DNA of 64,000 bases, from contig CAWEXY010000021.1 in NCBI GenBank assembly GCA_963813135.1, positions 142,075-206,074 on the forward strand, written 5' to 3'. A program made the translations under genes and the position numbers. This document shows, one piece after another, positions 29,632 to 39,672 of the stretch (position 1 is the first letter of the stretch; every line of letters begins with the position of its first letter). Under the pieces are notes generated by a model. It ran no database searches and was not told the DNA's origin. It saw only the letters and a program-made list of their open reading frames with translations. This DNA comes from an uncultured Verrucomicrobiae bacterium. GTDB taxonomy: Bacteria > Chlamydiota > Chlamydiia > Chlamydiales > Rhabdochlamydiaceae.

Positions 29632-30582
29632 TCAGGCTGGGGGGCAGAACGTATCGTTTTTTTCATCTTCTCGTGTCCAATTCCAGTGGAGCTTGCTGGC
29701 CTCGTACAATTCCTTTTCAGTCACGTACTTACGAACCCATTGGCAGTAACTGTTATATAACTTGCGAAAATTGACCTCGTTACCTACTACAGAGTAGAAT
29801 TTCTCTGCATATTCCTTGGGAATGTCTTGCAGGGGGTATAGACCCAGAGGGATCTGGGGACCAACAACATCGGGCAGTTTTTTTCCGGGCGTCCATCGAA
29901 GAAAGAAATCGTGGACTGTTTTATAAAAGTTTCCCCCACCTTCCGGTTTTTCGGGCCCATATTTTCCACGGATGATATGGTACATCAAGGGACAACAGAA
30001 AAATGTTTGCGACGCATAGGAATCGGGCATGGTTAGGCATTCGATGGTGGTTTTCTTAGACTGCTCTGTTAACTGAGGTAGATCATCTAATGTCCAGTAG
30101 CTAATGACAAAAGCAATCGACAAGCATGAATGGATTTTCTTTTGAAATTCTCCATCAGCCCATGGATCTCCTCCGGCTCTCAATCTCTGACAAATTTCTT
30201 CATAGCGGCTATTGTAAAGAGTTTGGAGTTTAGCAATCTTCTCATTCATCGGTTGATGAACCTGGACTCCAGTTTTTGAAGAAACGAATAAATAGGGGGC
30301 TACGTTGGTGTTCTCCGACAATAACTTCTCAACTCTCTGTATGCACCAACGCGCATCGTCCGAATAGCCCAAATTCCCTCTAACCAGTTCGGATGATAAC
30401 TTAGGCGCAGGAGAAGAATACGAAAAATACCGTCGCAAGGCAAACCCAACCCCGCATAGGAGGACCCCTGGAATGATCATGCGGACTGTCAACCTTGAAA
30501 TCCTTTCTAGAAAGGGTGCATTAGGTTGAAAAAAGAAGTTAAACAACCTTGGGGCAATTCCCCTATCGACACGTCCTAGCAT
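29632..30582 (-). CDS. Hypothetical membrane-anchored protein, paralog of 30782..31639
   Basis: Shared blocks IAKLxxLYxxRY, DPWAD, ECLTxxDSY, YHxxRGKY, YAEKFY; RBS CAGGAGG. Confidence 0.8.
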   Translation of the reverse strand: MLGRVDRGIAPRLFNFFFQPNAPFLERISRLTVRMIIPGVLLCGVGFALRRYFSYSSPAPKLSSELVRGNLGYSDDARWCIQRVEKLLSENTNVAPYLFVSSKTGVQVHQPMNEKIAKLQTLYNSRYEEICQRLRAGGDPWADGEFQKKIHSCLSIAFVISYWTLDDLPQLTEQSKKTTIECLTMPDSYASQTFFCCPLMYHIIRGKYGPEKPEGGGNFYKTVHDFFLRWTPGKKLPDVVGPQIPLGLYPLQDIPKEYAEKFYSVVGNEVNFRKLYNSYCQWVRKYVTEKELYEASKLHWNWTREDEKNDTFCPPA

Positions 30583-30619
30583 AAAAACCTCCTGAAAATT
30601 TTATTAACTGAGCCTTAAG

Positions 30620-30780
30620 GAAGCTCTGGACAAGTCATTCGCCAAATCTTGCCAGCGAATTTTCGTGAATGCTCGATTTTTCGAACTCGCTAACTTCAGC
30701 CAAGTTAGCTGCGTTCTGCAAAACCTTCGCATCCCAAAAATTCGCTGGCAATCTTTGACAAAGCACTTGTCCAGAGCTTC
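30620..30780. repeat. 161-bp palindromic MITE-like element
   Basis: 16-bp perfect terminal IR GAAGCTCTGGACAAGT; inner TGCCAGCGAATTTT/AAAATTCGCTGGCA and GCTAACTT/AAGTTAGC. Confidence 0.75.
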
Positions 30781-30781
30781 T

Positions 30782-31639
30782 TCAAGTAGGCAACGTACTT
30801 GGCTGACCAGTAAAGAAACCTCTACGTTCGTCTTTTTGAGACCATTTCACATATCGCGAATCGGCTTTCTCTAATTCTGCTTCATTGACATACATGCGGA
30901 CACGATCACAAAAATCATTATACAGATCTCTCCACTTGCCCTCTCGTCCTTGCTGATAGAACTTTTCGGCATATGCTTGAGAAATAGTTTCAGAAGGAGA
31001 TAAAATGGTCTTGCTTTCCATCTCTGGAACGAACTCAGGTTGGTATTTGCCTCGAGCGAAATGATACAAAATTGTGCAATAGTAAAAGGTGCGATATTGG
31101 TAGGAATCTTGGCAGGTGAGGCATTCCACAAAGCTTCTTTCGATACCTGCGCTTTTTAATTTTCCTTGAAAATTCTTCAAATCTTCCAACGTCAGGCAAC
31201 TGATCGAATACGCGATCCTCATGGCCTCATCCACCTTGTTAAGAAATACTTCATCCGCCCAGGGATCGGCCGAACCACTGCTATTTATCAAGATGTTGTG
31301 TAGGTCACGATAACGAGCATCATACAGTGCTTCCAACTTTGCGATTTCTGGGTTGATAGGCTGAGCTGTTTCGTCTGTGCCAAATTTATAAGGTACAATA
31401 TTTGGCTGCTTTTGCAACTCACTTCGAGCAAATTCCATTGCTTGGCGGCAGAACTCTGAATAAGGCTTAAATTTTGGAGGCTGAGAGTAGGAATAATAAC
31501 GATACAACCCCCAGCCAATCAACCCAGGAATGACAATCCAGGGCGTTAACTTGGCGATTTTACTCAAAAGCGATGCATTAGGATTGGAAAGGAAGCTAAA
31601 AAATCCGGCTGAAGTTCTTTGCCCAACTCGTTCTAACAT
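30782..31639 (-). CDS. Hypothetical membrane-anchored protein, paralog of 29632..30582
   Basis: Same shared blocks; N-terminal TM segment WIVIPGLIGWGLY. Confidence 0.8.
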   Translation of the reverse strand: MLERVGQRTSAGFFSFLSNPNASLLSKIAKLTPWIVIPGLIGWGLYRYYSYSQPPKFKPYSEFCRQAMEFARSELQKQPNIVPYKFGTDETAQPINPEIAKLEALYDARYRDLHNILINSSGSADPWADEVFLNKVDEAMRIAYSISCLTLEDLKNFQGKLKSAGIERSFVECLTCQDSYQYRTFYYCTILYHFARGKYQPEFVPEMESKTILSPSETISQAYAEKFYQQGREGKWRDLYNDFCDRVRMYVNEAELEKADSRYVKWSQKDERRGFFTGQPSTLPT

Positions 31640-31691
31640 AGCTGTCTCCTAAAAATTTTGCTAATGATCTTAGCTGAAAGGAAAAATAGAA

Positions 31692-32651
31692 TCAACTGAG
31701 TCCGGCATGGATGATGTCATGCATGCGCAAAAGTCCGATGACTTTCTGGTCGTTGAGGACGGGCAGCATCATGATCCATCTTTTCGGATCGCGCTGCATC
31801 ACCTTCACCGCATCGACCGCGCGCACTCCTTGCTGAATAAAAAGAGCGCTGCGGGTCATGAGATCTCCGATTTTTGATTCGAGAATAGAAGCGCCTTTGG
31901 ACTGCAGCGCACGGCGCAAATCGCCGTCGGTGAAAATCCCCAGAAAATTTTGGCTGTCATCGATGACGACTAAACACCCGCATTTTTTGCTCGATAGTTC
32001 ATGGAGCATGTCCACCAGCTTATCTTCCCTGCGGCACAGCGGCAATTGATCTCCTTGCATCATGAGGTCATCGACCTTCAGCAAGATTTTTTTGCCGATG
32101 AGCCCCGAGGGATGATTTTCCCCATACTCATCCAATGTGAATCCTTTTGCCTTCATCAGGGCAATCGCCAAAGCGTCGCCAAAAAGAAGCTGTACCTCTG
32201 TCGAGGTCGTGGGCGCTAAGTCGAAGGGACATAGCTCTTTTTCTACAGGAAGAACGATGGCAAGATCGCAGGATTGCGCTAGACGGCTTTTTTCTTCGGA
32301 CACGATCGCAATCGTTTTGGCTTTTCTTCGTTGAAAGAACGGGAGCAGATGGAGAAGCTCTTCCGTTTCCCCACTCTTACTAAGAAGAAGAATAGTATCA
32401 TTCTCGGTAACGATCCCGATATCGCCATGCAAGAAATTTGTGGCCGGCAGATAAAGCGCTTTCGTTCCCGTCGAGATCAATGTCATCGCAATTTTTTCTG
32501 CGATGAGACCGCTCTTGCCCACACCCGTCAAAATCAGCAGTCCTGATGTTTGTTGGCAGGCCTCAAAGACTTTCTCAGCATCACGAACATTGAGCGTGGC
32601 AAAGAAATGCTCAATGTGACTCCGCTGCTCATTAAAAAGTTCTTTTATCAT
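31692..32651 (-). CDS. kdsD: Arabinose-5-phosphate isomerase (KpsF/GutQ)
   Basis: TGVGKSG, HGDIG, SKSGET, APTTST, CBS pair with FTDGDLRR. Confidence 0.95.
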   Translation of the reverse strand: MIKELFNEQRSHIEHFFATLNVRDAEKVFEACQQTSGLLILTGVGKSGLIAEKIAMTLISTGTKALYLPATNFLHGDIGIVTENDTILLLSKSGETEELLHLLPFFQRRKAKTIAIVSEEKSRLAQSCDLAIVLPVEKELCPFDLAPTTSTEVQLLFGDALAIALMKAKGFTLDEYGENHPSGLIGKKILLKVDDLMMQGDQLPLCRREDKLVDMLHELSSKKCGCLVVIDDSQNFLGIFTDGDLRRALQSKGASILESKIGDLMTRSALFIQQGVRAVDAVKVMQRDPKRWIMMLPVLNDQKVIGLLRMHDIIHAGLS

Positions 32652-32687
32652 AGTTATCTATAACAGAATATCTTATAAGGGGTTTAT

Positions 32688-34115
32688 ATGAAACACCCTA
32701 TTGCAGTTGCCCGGGGCGATGGCATAGGCCCCGAAATTATGGCCGCCACCCTCCATATTCTCGAAGAGGCCGGAGCCCCCCTCGAGATCCACGAAATTGA
32801 AATTGGAGAAAAGGTTTACCAGCGAGGCATCCCCACTGGCATCGAGCCCAAGACCTGGGAAACGCTCCGCAAGACCAAAGCTTTCCTCAAGGCCCCTATC
32901 ACCACCCCCCAGGGCGGGGGCTTTAAAAGCCTCAATGTGACCGTCCGCACGACCCTGGGCCTCTACGCCAACGTCCGTCCCTGCGTCTCCTACCACCCTT
33001 ATGTTGCTACGAAACACCCCCAGATGGACGTCGTCATCGTCCGCGAGAATGAAGAAGACCTCTACGCTGGCATTGAATACCAACAAACCCCCGACGTCAT
33101 GTGCACCCTCAAAATCATCACCCGGCCCGGATGTGAAAAAATAATTCGCTATGCCTTTGAATACGCCCGCCACCATGGACGCAAAAAAGTGACGTGCTTC
33201 TCCAAAGACAACATCATGAAATTCACCGACGGGCTCTTTCACAAAATATTTGACGAAATCGCCAAAGAATACCCTGAAATTGAGAATGAACACTGGATCG
33301 TCGACATCGGGGCGGCCAAGCTGGCCACTGCTCCTGAGCTATTCGATGTGATCGTCATGCCCAACCTTTATGGAGATATCCTCTCCGACGTTGCCGCAGA
33401 AACCTCCGGCTCGGTCGGTCTCGCCGGCTCTGCCAATATTGGCGATCTAGGCGCGATGTTTGAGGCCATCCACGGCTCGGCCCCTCGCCGCGCGGGGCAA
33501 AATAGCGTAAATCCCTCCGGGCTATTGCTCGCCAGCATCATGATGCTTGCCTACCTCGGTGAAGCTGAGCTTGCCACCCGTATCCATGAAGCCTGGCTGG
33601 CCACCCTCGAAGAGGGCATCCACACCTACGATATTTTTAAAGAAGGGACCAGCAAAACTAAAGTGGGAACGAAAGAGTTTGCGCAGGCCGTCTGCCGTAA
33701 TCTAGGCAATAAACCTAAAAAACTGAAAGCCCCCGTCTATAAAGCTGCAACAAAAGTGACTCCTCTTCTCGCGCCGCACAAGACCAAAGTCGAGCGAAAG
33801 CTTCTCGGGGTCGACGTCTTTGTCTACAGCAAAGAAAAAGCCGCGGCGTTCCAGAAAAAAGTCTGCTCCCTCAACCCAACCCCATTCGAGCTCAAAATGA
33901 TCTCGAACCGCGGCGTGCGCATTTGGCCTGAAGGACATCCTGAAACGTTCTGTATTGAGCAATACCGGTGCCGCTTTTTGCATAAAACTAGCGCAACGAT
34001 GCACGACATCGTGACCCTGCTCGACAATCTCGCCAAATCGGGGTATGACATCATCAAGACAGAAAATCTGTATTCATTTGACGGGAAGAAAGGATTTTCC
34101 TCCGCAGAAGGTTAA
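32688..34115 (+). CDS. icd: Isocitrate dehydrogenase
   Basis: GDGIGPEI, KAPITTPQGGGFKSLNV, NLYGDILSD, EAIHGSAP. Confidence 0.96.
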   Translation: MKHPIAVARGDGIGPEIMAATLHILEEAGAPLEIHEIEIGEKVYQRGIPTGIEPKTWETLRKTKAFLKAPITTPQGGGFKSLNVTVRTTLGLYANVRPCVSYHPYVATKHPQMDVVIVRENEEDLYAGIEYQQTPDVMCTLKIITRPGCEKIIRYAFEYARHHGRKKVTCFSKDNIMKFTDGLFHKIFDEIAKEYPEIENEHWIVDIGAAKLATAPELFDVIVMPNLYGDILSDVAAETSGSVGLAGSANIGDLGAMFEAIHGSAPRRAGQNSVNPSGLLLASIMMLAYLGEAELATRIHEAWLATLEEGIHTYDIFKEGTSKTKVGTKEFAQAVCRNLGNKPKKLKAPVYKAATKVTPLLAPHKTKVERKLLGVDVFVYSKEKAAAFQKKVCSLNPTPFELKMISNRGVRIWPEGHPETFCIEQYRCRFLHKTSATMHDIVTLLDNLAKSGYDIIKTENLYSFDGKKGFSSAEG

Positions 34116-35077
34116 CGGCCGAAAATAAAACTGGATAACCAGCTGAGTAACGTTGGATTTTTTCTTTCTGTTGCCGCAGGTTGATCCCTGCAGGCACGAG
34201 GGATTGGCAAACGAAATTCCGCTCCTAAAGATAATAAGTAATCGGGGGCAGGACTATTCTTCGGAGCAAACTCTTGTAGAAGTTGGAATGCTGTTTCGTC
34301 TGAGTCATTTTCTTGTTCAAGATCTGCACCCATTCGAAGCAATTCAGGAATGATATCAAAGTTTTTTGCAAAGGCAGCTAAAAAAATAGCATTTACGTTG
34401 ACTAAAACGGGATAGATACGCCGAGCTACCAGGGCGCGGACGTGCGTCCTCGCTCGAGGATCGCTTTTCGCCATTTTTTGGACGATCTGGCATAGCATCT
34501 TTTTTTGATTTTCTGCAGGATTTACGATATGACATACGGAATGGATCGGTAAGTATCCGTCCTTATCTTTTGCATCTAAAAGCCCGAGAGAATATTTTTG
34601 GTTGATATCGAGTAAAAAAAAGACAAAAGCCCTCGATTGCACATCAAATTCTGTATTTATGTTCCAATGAAGAATGCTCGGGCATGTTTTCAATTTCTCC
34701 CATTTGTAATAAAAATATATCTTCCAGACATCCAAAAACCAGCCGCGGCTCGCACATTCTTGAACACAATCTAGTTCTTCTATTGCGCGTACAACTTTGT
34801 TCCCAAGGCGCAGCATTTCTATTTGGGCAATCATTCGACAAGTTTTATCGAGCCAAGAAAACTTCAACCAGGCAAACCACTCTTCAGCAATCATATGTGC
34901 AGAGCGCAGAGTAATTTGCTGCTCTTTGGATACACCCTCTAGGGGTACTGCTTGCCCAGTTCGAAGATCATATACACAGACTACGCGTGAAGATTTAGAA
35001 GATTGGACAATGGGCAGGAGGATTTCAACAGGAAGAAGAGGAAAAAGATGGGAGGCAGCTTGAGCAGAAACTGTCAT
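34112..35077 (-). CDS. Hypothetical protein with ankyrin-like repeats
   Basis: DAKDKDGYLPIH; LLRMGADLEQENDSDETAFQ. Confidence 0.6.
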   Translation of the reverse strand: MTVSAQAASHLFPLLPVEILLPIVQSSKSSRVVCVYDLRTGQAVPLEGVSKEQQITLRSAHMIAEEWFAWLKFSWLDKTCRMIAQIEMLRLGNKVVRAIEELDCVQECASRGWFLDVWKIYFYYKWEKLKTCPSILHWNINTEFDVQSRAFVFFLLDINQKYSLGLLDAKDKDGYLPIHSVCHIVNPAENQKKMLCQIVQKMAKSDPRARTHVRALVARRIYPVLVNVNAIFLAAFAKNFDIIPELLRMGADLEQENDSDETAFQLLQEFAPKNSPAPDYLLSLGAEFRLPIPRACRDQPAATERKNPTLLSWLSSFIFGR

Positions 35078-35098
35078 TTGCTATCCTTTTCTGAGCTA

Positions 35099-36274
35099 CT
35101 ATTGTTCTTCCTTATCATTAAAATGGTTCCCAGGCCATACATTGAAATGATCTCCCCCTGTATAGACCAGCGTGATCCAACCATTCTTACCATATTTGTC
35201 TTCATTGAAGTTAGGATAAAGCCCTTCCTTCAACTGGCCGTTTAGATCAACAACAATGCGAATGGCAACACCGTATAGTTCGCTCACAGCCCGCATTTCA
35301 GCCCCGCTTGCTTTTGCATTCAATTTGGCTACTTCGTCAAAATATTGATTTCGAGTTGGCAGCTCTAATTTTTCAAGTTTTTCCCGCTCTTCTTTTAATT
35401 GATCTGTAGCCAGCTCACCCAACAATTCATAAGAAGTGATATTTGTGGTAATTTTGTCCTTTTCTGCCTCATAGAGATCACTAATCGCACGAGTTACATC
35501 CGCTTGGAGCTCTTCATCTGAATCGATATGAGTTCTCATCCAATTCACGGCTTCTTCTCGCAGTTGTTCATGAGAAGGAACATCTCTTTTTTTCAATAAA
35601 ACCAGGCCTGTAATACACGCATGAAAAAGGCAATTACCATCATCGGGTTGGATGATAACTCCTCGCTCATCTACGCGGTAAGGCGAAGGCAAAGGCATAA
35701 TCTTCACTGGAATGCCTTGTAAAAATTTCAGATTTGTCTCGATTTCGTTGACAATCTTAAAATGATGATCGACCTCATAATTTTTATAGACTGCCTTAAA
35801 TCGTCTTATCTTCTCCCATATCGGATGAGAATTTCCTGCTTTTTGAAAGGCCTGAAGATCCTTGAAAATTGCATCATAATCCTGCCCTATCGACTTATTA
35901 TCCTCACCTAACTGCTTACCTTCGCTTACTCGTCTAAGATCTTCCTTCATTGCGGCTACTGCTTCAACATTTTCATTTTGTGGCGTATCCGCAAATCTCT
36001 TCATGAACATTTCAATCCGACCCAAAATTTTCGCACTATCAATGCCGTTTTTTAAGACCTCGTCATAATCTTTCTGAATTTGCTCTCTTTCAATGCGGCA
36101 GGCTCTTCCTTTTAAGATGGGTAAGATGCTTAGAAAAAGTGTCGCAAGCATGAAAGAAACAATACCTAAAGCAACAATGCCTGTACGCACCGTTAAAATC
36201 TGAGGATCTAGTCGTCCCCCTATTTCATGGATCCGCTGGGTTATGATTCCACTATCAAAACGATGTATTTTCAT
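35099..36274 (-). CDS. OTU-family deubiquitinase-like effector with N-terminal TM segment
   Basis: PDDGNCLFHA, LREEAVNWM, GAEMRAVSELYGVAI, LVYTGGDHFN. Confidence 0.85.
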   Translation of the reverse strand: MKIHRFDSGIITQRIHEIGGRLDPQILTVRTGIVALGIVSFMLATLFLSILPILKGRACRIEREQIQKDYDEVLKNGIDSAKILGRIEMFMKRFADTPQNENVEAVAAMKEDLRRVSEGKQLGEDNKSIGQDYDAIFKDLQAFQKAGNSHPIWEKIRRFKAVYKNYEVDHHFKIVNEIETNLKFLQGIPVKIMPLPSPYRVDERGVIIQPDDGNCLFHACITGLVLLKKRDVPSHEQLREEAVNWMRTHIDSDEELQADVTRAISDLYEAEKDKITTNITSYELLGELATDQLKEEREKLEKLELPTRNQYFDEVAKLNAKASGAEMRAVSELYGVAIRIVVDLNGQLKEGLYPNFNEDKYGKNGWITLVYTGGDHFNVWPGNHFNDKEEQ

Positions 36275-36331
36275 ATTTGTTGAATATAGTTTACCACGAT
36301 AGGAAATAAGCGTGGTAATCTAAAATATTTA

Positions 36332-37501
36332 CTATATAGAAACGTCGTTCTCGAGGTGGGTCTTAACGGCATTGAGGAACCCGCAGCCGTACATCCCATC
36401 GAGAACACGGTGGTCAAAGGTGAGGGATACATGCATCATCGACCGGACCCCAAAGAGATCGTCTTCGACGGCCACCACCCTCTTATGGATCGCGCCGATG
36501 CCGACGATCGCGACTTCAGGATAACGTATAATCGGAATGCCGATCTGCACGCCTGAAATACCAAAATTGGTGAGGGTAATGGTGCCGTCTTTAACTTCTT
36601 CAGGCTGGAGTTTTCCGCTGCGGGCCCTTAAAGACAGGTCGCTGAGGGCGTGGGCCAAGGCGGGCATATCGAGGGATTGGCAGTGCTTGATCACAGGGAC
36701 CATGATCCCTTGATCGACGCTAACAGCGATGCCGAGGTTGACAAAACGCTTGATGACGATGGTGTCGCCTTCTAACGATGAGTTAAGGAGAGGATATTCG
36801 CGAAGGGCTTTGGCTATGGCGCGTGCGACAAAGCTCGTTATCGTGAGCTTAACGCTATGGCGCGCTAAAAATGCTTCCTTTTCCCGCGCGATGACTTTCA
36901 TGACTTCGGTCACATCGACTTCGGTCACGAGGCTGGCATGCGGGGCTTCATAGAAAGAGCGGACCATGTTGTCCGCGATCGCTTTGCGCATGCCGCTCAT
37001 CTTGACGCGTTCCACATCAGGGCCGCTAAAAGTAGGAGCAGGGGCTTCTTTGCGCTGACTTAAGTAGATCTCGAGATCGCGCTTGGTGAGGCGTCCGCCC
37101 GTGCCTGAGGTGGGGATCTTTTGGAGCTCTTCCATTCCGATGCCTGATTCACGAGCAAGGCGCAGGAGCGCAGGGGAGAGAACTTCTTTAGCTGTATCGC
37201 ATGTCGGCATGGCAACGGCTGCGGCGACTTGGACGGGAGATGGCTGGGGCGCTCCAGCGTGAAGATGGATCACGGCCATGGCGTCGCCCACTTGGAGTTC
37301 TTGACCTGTTTCCGCGAGGATTTTTCCAAGGGTTCCAGCCACAGGCGAAGGAATTTCACTGTTGACTTTATCGGTGGAGACTTCGAGGAGGGGCTCATCC
37401 AAAGCAACGGTATCGCCCTCTTTTTTGAACCATTGGACGATGCTGGCGCTGACGATGCTCTCGCCGAGTTTAGGAAGGGTGACTTTGTATTCGTTTGTCA
37501 T
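36332..37501 (-). CDS. 2-oxoacid dehydrogenase E2 (dihydrolipoamide acyltransferase)
   Basis: Lipoyl motif STDKVNSE, E3-binding domain, FDHRVLDG. Confidence 0.95.
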   Translation of the reverse strand: MTNEYKVTLPKLGESIVSASIVQWFKKEGDTVALDEPLLEVSTDKVNSEIPSPVAGTLGKILAETGQELQVGDAMAVIHLHAGAPQPSPVQVAAAVAMPTCDTAKEVLSPALLRLARESGIGMEELQKIPTSGTGGRLTKRDLEIYLSQRKEAPAPTFSGPDVERVKMSGMRKAIADNMVRSFYEAPHASLVTEVDVTEVMKVIAREKEAFLARHSVKLTITSFVARAIAKALREYPLLNSSLEGDTIVIKRFVNLGIAVSVDQGIMVPVIKHCQSLDMPALAHALSDLSLRARSGKLQPEEVKDGTITLTNFGISGVQIGIPIIRYPEVAIVGIGAIHKRVVAVEDDLFGVRSMMHVSLTFDHRVLDGMYGCGFLNAVKTHLENDVSI

Positions 37502-38416
37502 ATAATTTTTTCCATTTTTCTTGGCCGGAAATAATAAAAAACTCCGCGGCGAGCACTTGGACTCCAAGAGAAGATTTTACCTCGGGAGGGATTTTCACGG
37601 CATCTTTTTCGGTGCAAACCAGCGTTGCGCCCGGGTTTTGTCTAGAAAATTCTTGAATTTCTCGCTGTGTAAAGGCGCGGTGGTCGTCTTTAAAGAAAGT
37701 ATCAACTACCTCCGCACCTGCTGCTTTCACCGATTGTACGAACCTCTCAGGCTTGCCGATAGCGCAGAAAAGGGCGACTTTTTTCCCTTTCAGATCGGCT
37801 GCGAGCCGCTGCTGAAATTGCAGTCCTTCACTGCCAGCGAGCAGATCGGCCGTCTTCAGGCGGCTGGGGGAATCGCGCAGCCAGCCGCGGGGAAGAAAAT
37901 ATTTTTCCGGGGGGCCGACCACAATGATCTCGATATCGCGATGCAGCCGACGATGCTGGAGCCCATCATCAAGAATGATGACCTCGGCGCCCTCGGCGAT
38001 CGCCTGCTGGCCCGATTGGACGCGGTCTTTGCCGACCCATACGGCGACCTGAGGAAGCTTTTGGGCCAGCCATAAAGGTTCGTCGCCGCAGAGTTCTACG
38101 GGGGTGCCGGGGTAAACGCGCAGGATTTGATGTTCGCTTTTAGATCGTAGCCTCGCGATAAGATCGCGACTTTATTAGTTTTTGAGACCTCTTCCGCAAG
38201 CCAGCGCGTCAAGGGGGTTTTTCCCATGGCGCCGACGGCGATATTGCCCACGCTGATGACGGGCACGGATAGATGATGGGCTTTAAAAAGGCCGAGATCA
38301 TAGGCCTTATTTCTTAAAAAAACACCTATGCCATAGAGAATACTTAAAAAGCGTAAAAGGGCGCGGATAATAATATTGCCCGACTGAAGACGGCGAAGCT
38401 TATGTTCCAGGGTCAA
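37470..38416 (-). pseudogene. lpxK: Tetraacyldisaccharide 4'-kinase with a single 1-nt deletion frameshift (possibly an assembly error)
   Basis: SVGNIAVGAMGKTP and LSRGY in one frame; GDEP, DDGLQH and LPRGWLRD in another; one C restores TAC CGA TCT near 38147. Confidence 0.85.
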
Positions 38417-38993
38417 GAATTTTCTCGATCGTTTCGATGATAATATGAATCGCTGCCATGTGGGCTTCTTGGATCCGATCGGAATAGGCAAATCCTTCAA
38501 CGATCCACTCCAAATCGCATATCCCTTTGAGGGCGCCGCCTGTTTTGCCCAGGAACGCGACAGTAGCCATGCCTTTGCATAAAGCCGACTGAACTGCGCG
38601 GACCAAATTGGCAGAGTTTCCACTGGTGGTGAGGACGATAAAAATATCTTCAGGGCGGCCTAGAGCTTCGACGGACCTTGCAAAAACTTCCTCGAATCCC
38701 ATGTCATTGGAAACACATGTGAGATGGCCGGGATCAGAAAGGGCGATGGCCGGGAGCGCTTGCCGTCTGTGGCGGAATTGGCCGGTGAGCTCTTCGGCAA
38801 AGTGCATGGCGTCGCAGAGGCTTCCGCCATTGCCGGCAATGAGAAGCTTGCCCCCCTTCCTAAAGCGGTCCGCGCACAGATGGGCCACATCGCGGATGAA
38901 TTGAAGGCTCACAGGCTGCTTCAAAAATTCGATCGCACGGACTCCTTCTTCGACGGAGTGCAAAATATCTTTTTCAATCTCTATTGTCGGCAT
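38400..38993 (-). CDS. gmhA: Phosphoheptose isomerase
   Basis: GNGGSLCDAMHFAEELTG, TTSGNSAN, DRIQEAH. Confidence 0.93.
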   Translation of the reverse strand: MPTIEIEKDILHSVEEGVRAIEFLKQPVSLQFIRDVAHLCADRFRKGGKLLIAGNGGSLCDAMHFAEELTGQFRHRRQALPAIALSDPGHLTCVSNDMGFEEVFARSVEALGRPEDIFIVLTTSGNSANLVRAVQSALCKGMATVAFLGKTGGALKGICDLEWIVEGFAYSDRIQEAHMAAIHIIIETIEKILDPGT

Positions 38994-39048
38994 GGGATCC
39001 ATCATAGCGGAAATCGTAGAATTGGAAGAGTAAAAAAATTTGTAATTC

Positions 39049-39672
39049 TTAGCATTTGAGGCCTTTCACTTCCAGGATCGTTGGGGCTTTGGTTACGGGA
39101 TGGGCAAATTCCATGCGCACATGGCGCAAGGCTATGCCCTCAGAACATGCTGCACGGCTGCCATATTTTTTGTCGCCAAGGATGGGACAGCCGATGGCGC
39201 TGAGCTGTGCGCGGATCTGATGGTAGCGCCCTGTTTCCAGAGAAATTTCCAGAAGCGTCTTATTTCCTTTTTTTGACAGGACGCGGTAGTGGAGTATCGC
39301 CTCTTTTCCTTTGGCATCGACGTGGGCGCGAAAGTCTCCATGCGTGAGATGGTGGCGCAATGTCCCCTCTTTTTCAGGAGGCGATCCTTCGATGATCGCT
39401 TGGTACGTTTTTTTAATTTCACGCTCGCGCATTTCTCCATGGAGGCGCGCAAGGGCTTTGCTGGTGCGGGCAAAGAGGACAATGCCGCTGACGGGTTTAT
39501 CGAGGCGGTGGACCGGCTCGAGAAAGACCGCGCCTTTTTTTTCAAAGCGGCGCTTGATCCACTCTTTAGCGGCCGTGAGAAACTCCCCCTGCGTCTCAAC
39601 CATGGGAGGCTTATCGACGGCAAAGAGGTGATTATCCAGGAAAACGATGCTTTCTTTGTCTAAGGACTTCAT
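39049..39672 (-). CDS. RluA family pseudouridine synthase
   Basis: VHRLDKPVSG, TGRYHQIR, PILGDKKYG. Confidence 0.92.
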   Translation of the reverse strand: MKSLDKESIVFLDNHLFAVDKPPMVETQGEFLTAAKEWIKRRFEKKGAVFLEPVHRLDKPVSGIVLFARTSKALARLHGEMREREIKKTYQAIIEGSPPEKEGTLRHHLTHGDFRAHVDAKGKEAILHYRVLSKKGNKTLLEISLETGRYHQIRAQLSAIGCPILGDKKYGSRAACSEGIALRHVRMEFAHPVTKAPTILEVKGLKC

